Shown here: positions 10,418-18,819 of the stretch, piece by piece
How the letters are laid out: each line of letters opens with the position of its first letter
How positions within the stretch are numbered: position 1 is the first letter of the stretch
Assembly (NCBI GenBank): GCA_965215505.1
Contig: OZ244065.1
Location: 1,472,001-1,536,000 of the forward strand
Direction: 5' to 3'
Length of the DNA stretch: 64,000 nt
DNA from: Capsulimonadaceae bacterium
Lineage (GTDB): Bacteria > Armatimonadota > Armatimonadia > Armatimonadales > Capsulimonadaceae
Made by a program: the position numbers and the translations under genes
The notes under the pieces: generated by a model
Database searches by the model: none
What the model saw: only the letters and a program-made list of their open reading frames with translations
What the model was told of the DNA's origin: nothing

Positions 10418-10774
10418 TCAACTGGGTGGCGCTCTGACGCATACTGCAACACTGGCCGCGATGCGATCCACGGCGTCCGCTGGCAGTACGCCCACTCTGT
10501 CCCGAAACCGCAGGAGTGACACGGTCCGTATCTGGAGCGCATCCGCCGCCGATAGCTTTGTCAAACCATTCTGCGGGGTGGGCGTCAGACGAGTCATCCA
10601 GACATAACCCCTGTAGGACTCGTTCCAGCCCGTGATCGGTATCATAACCCTTACCTGCAAGCGCCCCAACTGCTCATCGCCTATGACGACGGCTGGACGT
10701 GTTTTGCCTGTTTCTGATCCTTCCGTGGGATCGAAGTCCACCCGCCAGATTTCGCCGCGTAGCGGGCTATCCAT
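10418..10774 (-). CDS. mazF: PemK/MazF family toxin
   Basis: RGEIWRVDFDPTEGSETGKTRPAVVI...PIT...NGLTKLS...QIRTVS..R. Confidence 0.9.
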   Translation of the reverse strand: MDSPLRGEIWRVDFDPTEGSETGKTRPAVVIGDEQLGRLQVRVMIPITGWNESYRGYVWMTRLTPTPQNGLTKLSAADALQIRTVSLLRFRDRVGVLPADAVDRIAASVAVCVRAPPS

Positions 10775-11084
10775 GCAGATCGTCCGTGTATTCGTGGAAG
10801 TCGCCTGTCTCCAGATCTGCCGTAAGTTGTCGCTCCGCTTCCGGCAAAGCCCTATCCGCTTCGTAGGCCGGTATGGCCCTATCCACGGACGCCTTTAAAA
10901 ACGGTTCGCGCTCCTCCGGCGATAGCGTCATTAGATACCTGGGGTCAACTTCTTCTGACTGGTAGCTCACGCTTCGCTCGAACCGGGCCAAATGATCCAT
11001 AACCTTCGAGTAGCCGTGAGTGGCGACGAGAGACTGCAACGACTGGTCCAAGATTTGTTCGTCGTGATTCAGCGTTGTGTTCAT
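10767..11084 (-). CDS. Putative antitoxin of the MazF module
   Basis: Small acidic ORF overlapping the toxin start by 8 bp; ATG overlaps the polA TAA; GGAGG upstream. Confidence 0.7.
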   Translation of the reverse strand: MNTTLNHDEQILDQSLQSLVATHGYSKVMDHLARFERSVSYQSEEVDPRYLMTLSPEEREPFLKASVDRAIPAYEADRALPEAERQLTADLETGDFHEYTDDLHG

Positions 11085-13906
11085 TAGTCCTCCTCCGCAA
11101 AAAGCCCCTCTGCTATGGTATTCGCCACTAGACCGTCTGCTTCCTCCCCGTCATCATCCCCCACCGGCGTCACGTCCCACCAATTATGGCCGGACTTGAC
11201 TTCCGCCCGCAGCGGCACGTCCAGCGGATAGGCGTTCTGCATGGCGTCGCGCACCAGATCAGCCAGCGGGCGAACCTCATCCTCGGGACACTCGAACAGC
11301 AGCTCATCATGGACCTGGAGGACCATCTGCGCGCCGAGGCCGCTCGCGGACAGCGCCTTGTCAACGTGCAGCATCGCCAGCTTGATGATGTCGGCGCTCG
11401 TCCCCTGCACGGGCATGTTGGCGGCCTCGCGCTCCGCCGCCTGGCGGAACTGGAAGACGCGGGAGTTGATGTCGGGGACGTAGCGGCGGCGGCCCGAGAG
11501 CGTCTGGACGTATCCCTTCTCGCGCGCCCCGTCCAGCACGGTTTCCAAATAGGCGCGGACGCCGGGGTACAGCGCGAGGTACGCCTTGATGAGTTCCGCA
11601 GCGCGCACCTGGGTGATGCCAAGCTCGATAGCGACCCGGAAGGGGCTGGCCCCGTAGATGACGGCGAAGTTGATAGTCTTGGCCTGCCGCCGCTGGTCGT
11701 GCGTGACAGGCTGGTCTTCGGGGACCTCGAAGATGCGGCGGGCGGTCTGGGCGTGGATGTCGCCGTCGGTCTGGAAGGCTTCCACCAGGCCGGGGTCCTT
11801 GGTGATATGCGCGAACAGCCGCAGCTCGATCTGCGAGTAATCGGCGGAGACCAGGACGCGGCCCTTGGAGGCGACGAAGCCCTTGCGAATCTCGCGCCCG
11901 ATCTCGGTGCGGACGGGGATGTTTTGCAGGTTGGGGTTGGACGACGACAGCCGCCCCGTACTGGCGACAGTCTGGTTCAGCGACGTATGCACCTTGCCGG
12001 TCGCCGGATTAATAAGCGCGGGCAGTGCGTCGGCGTAGGTGCTCTTGAGCTTAGACACTTCGCGCCACCGGACGATCTTGCCGGCGATCTCGTGGCCCTT
12101 CGCGGCGAGGTCTTCCAGCACTTCGGCCCCGGTCGAGTAGCCGGTCTTGGTTTTCTTGCCGATGGGCAGTTTCAGCTTGTCGAACAGGACCTCTTGAAGC
12201 TGCTTGGTCGAGCCGACCGAGAACTTCTGCCCGGCCAGCTCGAATATCTCGGCTTCGAGCGAGGCCACCTGCTCCCCGAGGTTCCGCCCCGCCTCGCGCA
12301 GCAGGTCGGCGTCCACGGACACCCCCGCCCGCTCCATGCCGGCGATGATCGGCGCGAGCGGCATCTCGATGTCGGTGAAGATGCCTTGCAGGCCGTCCCG
12401 CTCCAGACGGGGCGCGAGGGTGGCCTCCAGCGCTTGGACGGCCCGCGCCTCGTCCATGGCCCCCGCCTCTGGGTGTTCAGGATCGGTTACAAGTTCCATG
12501 CCGACGTTGTCGGCGGCGAGGTCGGCCAGCGGGTAGCCCGACCGGCCCGCGTTCAGCAGGTAGGCCGCCAGCAGGATGTCAAAGGCAACGCCGCGCAGTG
12601 TGACCCCGTTCCGGCCCAAAACGCCGGTCGCGAGTTTCAGATCATGCACGGACTTGGCGCGGGCCACGTCTTCTAAATACGGCGTCAGGGCCTCGCCCCA
12701 ATCGGCCCAGGCCGCGTAAAAGGCACTATCCGGCAGGCCAAAGGCCACGCCCTGCAATTCCGCGTTCATCAGCGATATGGCGGCGAGCTTGACCCCGTCG
12801 GGCGGCGTCATGTGAAGTTGGACGCCGACCGGCGCGTCGGCCTCGGCGAGCCGGGCCAGCAGCGCGTCTAGCTGCCCCTGCGTTGTGATGATCTGGCCCT
12901 CGACGTTGGAGGAAGGGTCGGGGGACCCGACCCCTACGGCGCGTAGGGGCGGGGTCCCCCCGCCCTCTCTCCCTTCCCCGTTCTGCTCTATCGCCTTCGC
13001 CCGCTGGTCCCGCTCCAAGCCCGGCAGGCGCTTGACCAGGGTGCGGAACTCCAATCGCTCGAACAACTCTTTGACGGCCTCGAAGTCCGGCCCTTCCGCC
13101 TGGTAATCGGGCGACAGCTTCACCCACTCCGGCAGGGGCACGTCGCGGACGATGGTCGCCAGCCGCTTGCACTGGAGGGCGATGTCGGTGTGGGTGATGA
13201 GCGCGGCCTTGATCTTCTCGGGCTGCTCGTCCACATGAAACAGCAGGTTTTCCAGCGTCCCATAATCTTTAAGCAGCTTGGAGGCCCCCTTCTCCCCAAT
13301 GCCGGGGACGCCGGGCAGGTTGTCCGAGCTGTCCCCTTTAAGCCCCTTGAAGTCGGGGATCTGGGCGGGGGTCAGCCCGTAGCGGGTGCGGACGGCGGCC
13401 TCGTCATAGACGACCGTATCGGTCACGCCCTTGACCGTGATCATGGCCTGGACCTGACCCCGCCCTTCCAGGGGGCTGCCATCATCCACCAGTTGCAAGG
13501 CGTCACCGTCCCCGGTGACGATCAGCACGTCATAGCCCTGGTGCTTGGCGATCTCCGCCAATGTCCCGCACACGTCGTCGGCCTCGTAGCCCTCCACCTC
13601 GACATTCGGCACCCGAAAAGCTGCTGCCACCTCGCGGGCTAAAGCGCGCTGCGGCTTCAAGTCGTCCGGCATGGACTTCCGAGTCCCCTTGTACGATTCC
13701 AATTCTTTGTGCCGGAACGTCGCGACGGGGGGGTCAAAGGCGGCAAAGATGGCGTCCGGCTTCTCGCGCTCCAATATCGTCAGCAGCATCAGGACGAACG
13801 AGTAGACGGCGTTGGTGGGCAGCCGGTCCGACGTGGACAGGGCGCGCATGGCGAAGAAGCCCCGGTAGAGGAGGCTGTTGCCGTCGAGGATGACGAGTTT
13901 TGGCAT
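11084..13906 (-). CDS. polA: DNA polymerase I
   Basis: ILDGNSLLYRGFFA 5'-nuclease start, GDSSDNLPGVPGIGEK, TGRLSSSNPNLQNIP, ADYSQIELR, AKTINFAVIYG, LQVHDEL; start 13906 (MPKLVILDG). Confidence 0.97.
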   Translation of the reverse strand: MPKLVILDGNSLLYRGFFAMRALSTSDRLPTNAVYSFVLMLLTILEREKPDAIFAAFDPPVATFRHKELESYKGTRKSMPDDLKPQRALAREVAAAFRVPNVEVEGYEADDVCGTLAEIAKHQGYDVLIVTGDGDALQLVDDGSPLEGRGQVQAMITVKGVTDTVVYDEAAVRTRYGLTPAQIPDFKGLKGDSSDNLPGVPGIGEKGASKLLKDYGTLENLLFHVDEQPEKIKAALITHTDIALQCKRLATIVRDVPLPEWVKLSPDYQAEGPDFEAVKELFERLEFRTLVKRLPGLERDQRAKAIEQNGEGREGGGTPPLRAVGVGSPDPSSNVEGQIITTQGQLDALLARLAEADAPVGVQLHMTPPDGVKLAAISLMNAELQGVAFGLPDSAFYAAWADWGEALTPYLEDVARAKSVHDLKLATGVLGRNGVTLRGVAFDILLAAYLLNAGRSGYPLADLAADNVGMELVTDPEHPEAGAMDEARAVQALEATLAPRLERDGLQGIFTDIEMPLAPIIAGMERAGVSVDADLLREAGRNLGEQVASLEAEIFELAGQKFSVGSTKQLQEVLFDKLKLPIGKKTKTGYSTGAEVLEDLAAKGHEIAGKIVRWREVSKLKSTYADALPALINPATGKVHTSLNQTVASTGRLSSSNPNLQNIPVRTEIGREIRKGFVASKGRVLVSADYSQIELRLFAHITKDPGLVEAFQTDGDIHAQTARRIFEVPEDQPVTHDQRRQAKTINFAVIYGASPFRVAIELGITQVRAAELIKAYLALYPGVRAYLETVLDGAREKGYVQTLSGRRRYVPDINSRVFQFRQAAEREAANMPVQGTSADIIKLAMLHVDKALSASGLGAQMVLQVHDELLFECPEDEVRPLADLVRDAMQNAYPLDVPLRAEVKSGHNWWDVTPVGDDDGEEADGLVANTIAEGLFAEED
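12915..12965. repeat. Inverted GTAG-REP doublet inside the polA coding sequence
   Basis: GGGTCGGGGGACCCGACCCCTAC-ggcgc-GTAGGGGCGGGGTCCCCCCGCCC; right unit identical to the intergenic copy at 39390-39412. Confidence 0.85.
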
Positions 13907-13950
13907 GATGCCTAGAGTATACCCGGCAGGAGTCGAACGCAAAAGAAAAA

Positions 13951-13974
13951 GGGCGGGATGAACCCCGCCCCTAC
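13951..13974 (-). terminator. GTAG-REP hairpin with U-tract, probable terminator of the sigma/anti-sigma operon
   Basis: Minus strand GTAGGGGCGGGGTTCATCCCGCCC followed by TTTTTCTTTT. Confidence 0.7.
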
Positions 13975-14009
13975 CCTCTTTATCCCTTCCTGCTCCTGTC
14001 CGTTCTCGC

Positions 14010-15329
14010 CTACACCACTGACCGCTTCCGGTACTCCCGCAGCCCGTACCGGCCCACCAGCAAAGCCGGTATCCAGAGCGGGGCGTAGGCCAGCAGCCAG
14101 ATCGCCAGGGCGATCAAGGCGGTGGTCGAGGAGACCAGCGACCCGAGGGAGTCATGAGTGTTGGACTTCAGGCCGTTCAGGAACCCGCCCGTCGACGGGG
14201 CCGCCGCCTGCGGCTTGGGCGTCTGGCTCAGGTCAATCGTGACCGTGGAGAGTGCGGCCATGCGCTTCAGCAGGACCAACCGGGCGCGCGCCTCGGCGAG
14301 CTGTGTCCGCAGGTCGCGCGTGGCCTGCTCGTCGTGCCACTTCGCCCGTGACCCCAGCGCCTTCAGACGGGCCTCAGAATTCTGCACGTCGCCTTCCAGG
14401 ACGTTCTCCGTCTGGTCGGCGTCGCTGGCCTTCTCAGTGATGTCTTCGCCGGTGATGTTCTTGGACTGGACGTTGCCGAGGTGCGCGACCTGACCCAGAA
14501 ACGTCTCGAACTGTGTGACGGGGACCTTGACGGTCAACTCCGCCGTTTTGAGGCCGTCCTCGCCGGTGCTAAGGTTGTTGGCGGCGACAAAGCCGCCGGT
14601 CTCCTTGACCATGTCCGCCACCTTGTCGCTAGTGGCCTCGGGGTTCGCCACCTGGACGCCGATGGTCGCCTCTTTGTGTACCTGCCTCTGGGTGGCATTG
14701 AAAGCCGCTGGCGGCTTGAAGGCCGAGGGATAACCCGCGCCCCCGCCACCTGGGTAGCTCCCATTGACGGTGATGCTGCCATCTGCGGACCGTGATGGCG
14801 CGGATGCCGCTGCCGGTGGCGACATGGGTGCGATACGACGCAGGTAAGCCATAGGCGGCGGTGGCGCGGCAGACGGCGGCGCGGCTCCCAGCGTGGTTGG
14901 TCCAGATGCCCCCCCCGATGAAGTGATCCTTCTGGCGTCCTCGTGGACGTGCTGGAACACAGGGAAGAACACGAACCAGGCGACCAAAGCCGCCCCGGCC
15001 AGAGTCCAGCCCAGGGCAAGGCGGTTCCGCCCCCGCGCCCCCAGCCTTGCGGGCGGGGGAGAGGAGGGCGCGGCAAGCGGTGCCCCTGCGGCGTCGGCAC
15101 CGTCAGGGTTAGGGGCGATCCCCAGTATCTTCGCCCGCAGGGCGGGGTCGAGCGCGCCTTCGGGTTCGGACGCGCGGAGGTCTTCGGCGATCTGTGTCAT
15201 TTGGGTCAACTCCTCTCGGCAGGACGCGCAGCGCGTCAGGTGGCGGCGGACGGCGAGGCGGAGGGGCCACGACAATTCGCCGTCGGCGTAGGCTTTCAGG
15301 TCATCTTGGAAGCGGGCGTGGTCGGTCAT
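14010..15329 (-). CDS. Zinc-finger anti-sigma factor fused to a DUF4349-like domain
   Basis: LKAYADGEL...HLTRCASC (H-x3-C-x2-C), TM helix, LTVKVP...EDITE... region, C-terminal TM; ATGA overlap with sigma stop. Confidence 0.8.
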   Translation of the reverse strand: MTDHARFQDDLKAYADGELSWPLRLAVRRHLTRCASCREELTQMTQIAEDLRASEPEGALDPALRAKILGIAPNPDGADAAGAPLAAPSSPPPARLGARGRNRLALGWTLAGAALVAWFVFFPVFQHVHEDARRITSSGGASGPTTLGAAPPSAAPPPPMAYLRRIAPMSPPAAASAPSRSADGSITVNGSYPGGGGAGYPSAFKPPAAFNATQRQVHKEATIGVQVANPEATSDKVADMVKETGGFVAANNLSTGEDGLKTAELTVKVPVTQFETFLGQVAHLGNVQSKNITGEDITEKASDADQTENVLEGDVQNSEARLKALGSRAKWHDEQATRDLRTQLAEARARLVLLKRMAALSTVTIDLSQTPKPQAAAPSTGGFLNGLKSNTHDSLGSLVSSTTALIALAIWLLAYAPLWIPALLVGRYGLREYRKRSVV

Positions 15330-15898
15330 GGGGCGGCCTCCGGGAGCGGCGCGTCGGCCAGGACGTAGCCGCTCAACGTCCCGCGCAGGCGGCGGAAGGC
15401 GTAGGACAGGCGGGACTTGACGGTCCCCTCCGGCACTCGCAGCACGGCGGCGCATTCGCGGTAGGTCAGCTCCTGCATCTCGTGGAGGATCACCACGTCG
15501 CGCTGCTCGGGCGAAAGTCCGTCCAAAGCCGCGTGGACCTGCTCGGACAGCTCGCGCCGGGCGGCGTGGTGGGCGGGGCCATGCTCCTCCGCCTCGCGCT
15601 CGCCCAGGGTTTCGTCATAGGGGACGGTGACGGCATGGCTACGGCCCGCGTGGCGGCGGCAGTGGTTGAGGGCGACGCGCCACACCCAGGTCGCAAGAGT
15701 CGAGTCGCCGCGAAAGCTCCCCATGCTCCGGTAGAGGTCCACGAAGATCTCCTGCGTCAAGTCCTCGGCATCCGCCTCGCAGGCGGCGTAGCGGCGCACC
15801 AGCCGGTGCAGGCGCGGGCCGTAGTCGTCCACGAAGGCGGCGAATGCGCCCGCGTCCCCTGCCGCTATTCGGTTTGCCAGCCGCCTGTCGTCTCGCAC
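15326..15898 (-). CDS. ECF RNA polymerase sigma factor
   Basis: DAEDLTQEIF, FRGDSTLATWVWRVALN, LTYRECAAVLRVPEGTVKSRL. Confidence 0.92.
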   Translation of the reverse strand: MRDDRRLANRIAAGDAGAFAAFVDDYGPRLHRLVRRYAACEADAEDLTQEIFVDLYRSMGSFRGDSTLATWVWRVALNHCRRHAGRSHAVTVPYDETLGEREAEEHGPAHHAARRELSEQVHAALDGLSPEQRDVVILHEMQELTYRECAAVLRVPEGTVKSRLSYAFRRLRGTLSGYVLADAPLPEAAP

Positions 15899-15933
15899 GG
15901 TTTGCGCCTCTGTGTCCGCTCTCGTTTAGTTTG

Positions 15934-15958
15934 TTACATTAGGCCGCTAAAAGGTTCA
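15934..15958 (-). promoter_or_regulatory. Possible ECF-type autoregulatory promoter
   Basis: Minus strand TGAACC-N15-GTAA upstream of the sigma gene, resembling ECF -35/-10 boxes. Confidence 0.3.
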
Positions 15959-16144
15959 AAGGGAACGGAAATATCGGGAAATATATTTACTAGTTTGTTT
16001 ATAGACAATTAGATATAAAGCGGGTATCATGTCCGCGAACCCGGCAGCCGCGCAAGCCAGCTTCCCACTTGCTTTTGTGGCGGGCCGTTGGGTATCCTTT
16101 GGGCGGCTCGTGTGCCGCCGAACTTTTCCGTATAAGGTGGACCA

Positions 16145-17206
16145 GTGATGAGACTCTTTCCGGCGCGCACGACAGCCATTCTGATTTTGTTCCTGACGGC
16201 GGCGGTCCTCGCGGGCTGCTCTTCGCACAAGCCCACAAGCACAGGCGGCGGGGGTCAGCCGGCCGCTTCCGGGGCCGCCACAATGCTGAACGTCTCGTAT
16301 GACCCGACGCGCGAGTTTTACCAGGACTACAACAAGGCCTTCACGGCCTACTGGCAGAGCAAGAGTGGCCAGGCCGTCACCATCCAGCAGTCCCACGGCG
16401 GGTCGGGCAAGCAGGCCCAGGCCGTCCGCGACGGGCTGGGGGCGGACGTGGTGACGCTGGGCATCGCCTCCGACATTGATGCGCTCGCCGCAGCCGGGCT
16501 GATCAAGACGGACTGGCAGAAGCGGCTGGCGAATAACAGCGCGCCCTACACGTCCACGGTCGTCTTCCTGGTCCGCAAGGGCAACCCGAAGGGCATCAAG
16601 GACTGGCCCGACCTGATCAAGCCGGGCGTTTCGGTCATCACGCCCAACCCGAAGTCATCCAGCGGCGGACGCTGGAGCTATCTCGCCGCCTACGGCTATG
16701 CGCTTCAGCAGCCCGGCGGCACCCAGGACACGGCCAAGGCGTACATCGCGCATCTCTATAAGAACGTGCCCATCCTGGACTCGGGGGCGCGCGGCAGCAC
16801 CGTGACGTTCACCCAGCACCACGTCGGGGATGTCCTGCTGGCCTGGGAGAATGAGGCGTATTTGGCGACCAACAAGATCGGCAAAGGGCAGTACGACATC
16901 GTCTACCCCTCGGTCAGCATCCTCGCCGAGCCGCCGGTCGCCGTCGTGGATAAAAACGTGGACGCGCACAACACGCGGGCCGTGGCCGAAGCGTACCTGA
17001 GCTACCTGTACACCCCCGAGGGGCAGGACATCATCGCGCGGAACTACTACCGGCCCCGATTGGCGGCCGTCGCCCAGAAGTACGCCGCTCAGTTCCCGCC
17101 GATCAAGCTGTTCACCGTGGACCAGGCCTTCGGCGGCGTTGCGGCGGCCCAGAAGACGCACTTCGCCGACGGCGGCGTCTTCGACCAGATCTACGTCAAG
17201 AAGTAA
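16145..17206 (+). CDS. sbp: Sulfate ABC transporter substrate-binding lipoprotein
   Basis: Lipobox VLAGC; LNVSYDPTRE, QSHGGSGKQA, DSGARGST, WENEA. Confidence 0.95.
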   Translation: MMRLFPARTTAILILFLTAAVLAGCSSHKPTSTGGGGQPAASGAATMLNVSYDPTREFYQDYNKAFTAYWQSKSGQAVTIQQSHGGSGKQAQAVRDGLGADVVTLGIASDIDALAAAGLIKTDWQKRLANNSAPYTSTVVFLVRKGNPKGIKDWPDLIKPGVSVITPNPKSSSGGRWSYLAAYGYALQQPGGTQDTAKAYIAHLYKNVPILDSGARGSTVTFTQHHVGDVLLAWENEAYLATNKIGKGQYDIVYPSVSILAEPPVAVVDKNVDAHNTRAVAEAYLSYLYTPEGQDIIARNYYRPRLAAVAQKYAAQFPPIKLFTVDQAFGGVAAAQKTHFADGGVFDQIYVKK

Positions 17207-17242
17207 AGCCACGCCTTGAAAGGCGCGGGCGGTTCGTAACTT

Positions 17243-17265
17243 GTAGGGGCGGGGTCGCCCCGCCC
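17243..17265 (+). repeat. Single GTAG-REP between sbp and cysT
   Basis: GTAGGGGCGGGGTCGCCCCGCCC. Confidence 0.8.
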
Positions 17266-17300
17266 TCTTCTGCCCCGAAAGGCCTCGCACAAGAAACCCT

Positions 17301-18155
17301 ATGGCCGTCGCCGTCACACAACTTAAGGCACACAAACCTCGGCGCATCCTGCCCGGCTTCGGCCTGTCGCTCGGCTACACCCTGCTCTATCTGGGCCTGC
17401 TGGTGCTGCTCCCGCTCTCCACGGCCTTCGTCAAGGCGGCGACGGTGGGACACGCCCAGGTCTGGCAGACCATCACCGACCCGCGCACCGTCGCCGCTTT
17501 TCGGCTTACCTTCGGCACGTCCGCCCTTGCCGCCGCCCTGAACGCCGTATTCGGCCTGCTGGTCGCCTGGACACTGGTCCGCTACCCGTTCCCCGGTCGG
17601 CGCGTGATTGACGGGTTGGTTGATCTGCCGTTTGCCCTGCCGACGGCGGTGGCGGGCATCTGCCTGAGTGCCGTCTACGCCGAGAACGGCTGGATCGGGC
17701 GATGGCTGGCCCCACACGGCATCCGCGTCTCGTACACGCCGCTAGGAATATTAGTCGCCCTGGTCTTCATCGGCCTGCCCTTCGTCGTCCGCACCGTCCA
17801 GCCCGTTTTGCAGGACCTGGAGGCCGACGTTGAGGAAGCCGCCGCCAGTTTGGGGGCCAATCGGTTCCAGATATTCACGCGCGTCCTGCTCCCCACCCTG
17901 CTGCCCGCCGTCTTGACCGGGGCGACTCTGGCCTTCGCGCGGGCCTTGGGCGAGTATGGCTCGGTGATCTTCATCTCGGACAACATCCCGCTGAAGGGCG
18001 AGATCGTCCCCAAGCTGATCATGGACAAGCTGGACCAGTTCGACTACGCGGGCGCGACCGTCATCGCCGTCGTCATGCTGCTGATCTCCTTCCTGCTGCT
18101 GCTCCTAGTCAACCTGCTGCAATGGTGGACTCGAAAACGCCTGGGGATGAGCTAG
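17301..18155 (+). CDS. cysT: Sulfate ABC transporter permease CysT
   Basis: ILPGFGLSLG, DLPFALPTAVAGI, EEAAASLGA. Confidence 0.95.
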   Translation: MAVAVTQLKAHKPRRILPGFGLSLGYTLLYLGLLVLLPLSTAFVKAATVGHAQVWQTITDPRTVAAFRLTFGTSALAAALNAVFGLLVAWTLVRYPFPGRRVIDGLVDLPFALPTAVAGICLSAVYAENGWIGRWLAPHGIRVSYTPLGILVALVFIGLPFVVRTVQPVLQDLEADVEEAAASLGANRFQIFTRVLLPTLLPAVLTGATLAFARALGEYGSVIFISDNIPLKGEIVPKLIMDKLDQFDYAGATVIAVVMLLISFLLLLLVNLLQWWTRKRLGMS

Positions 18156-18156
18156 G

Positions 18157-18816
18157 ATGGAACCTACTGAGCGCCCGCGTGTCAAAATCTGCTGCATCGG
18201 GAGCATCGAAGAGGCATGGATCGCCGTCCGGGCGGGCGCGTCCGCGCTCGGCCTGGTCTCCGAGATGCCGAGCGGGCCGGGCGTCATCCCCGAAAACATC
18301 ATCGCGCATGTGGCGCGCGCCATTCCGCCCGGCGTCACGAGCGTGCTGCTCACCTGCCGGCAGGATGTCAGCAGCATCATCGCCCAGCAGAATCGAACGG
18401 GCGTCGGCGCGATCCAGATATGCGACCGGCTGCTGGAAGGCACTTACGACGATCTGCACCGGGCGATCCCCGGCGTCGGGCTGCTCCAGGTGATCCACGT
18501 CACCGGGCCGGAGTCGGTGGCCGAGGCCCGGCAGATCGCCCCGCACGTCCACGCGCTGCTCCTGGACTCGGGCGACCCGGCCCTGCCGGTCAAGGAACTC
18601 GGCGGCACGGGCCGCGTCCACGATTGGGGCCTCAGCCGGCAGATCCGCGGGCAGGTGGACGTGCCGGTCTACCTCGCGGGCGGTCTGACCCCGGAGAACG
18701 TGGCGGAGGCGGTCGCCGAGGTCGGCCCGTTCGGGCTTGACCTATGCAGCGGCGTCCGCACGGACGGCTGCCTGGATCCGGCGAAACTGTCCCGCTTCTT
18801 CGCGGCATTGGATTGA
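18157..18816 (+). CDS. trpF: Phosphoribosylanthranilate isomerase-like protein
   Basis: RVKICCI, LLLDSG...GGTG..HDW, YLAGGLTPENV, GLDLCSGV. Confidence 0.85.
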   Translation: MEPTERPRVKICCIGSIEEAWIAVRAGASALGLVSEMPSGPGVIPENIIAHVARAIPPGVTSVLLTCRQDVSSIIAQQNRTGVGAIQICDRLLEGTYDDLHRAIPGVGLLQVIHVTGPESVAEARQIAPHVHALLLDSGDPALPVKELGGTGRVHDWGLSRQIRGQVDVPVYLAGGLTPENVAEAVAEVGPFGLDLCSGVRTDGCLDPAKLSRFFAALD

Positions 18817-18819
18817 CAC

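Noticed and set aside
10233-10442. 69-aa ORF between mazF and the DUF262 gene as a third system component
   Set aside because: Overlaps both neighbours, has no clear RBS or motif and spans the probable promoter
12900-13000. Intein or intron in polA
   Set aside because: Too short and no splicing motifs; explained by the REP doublet
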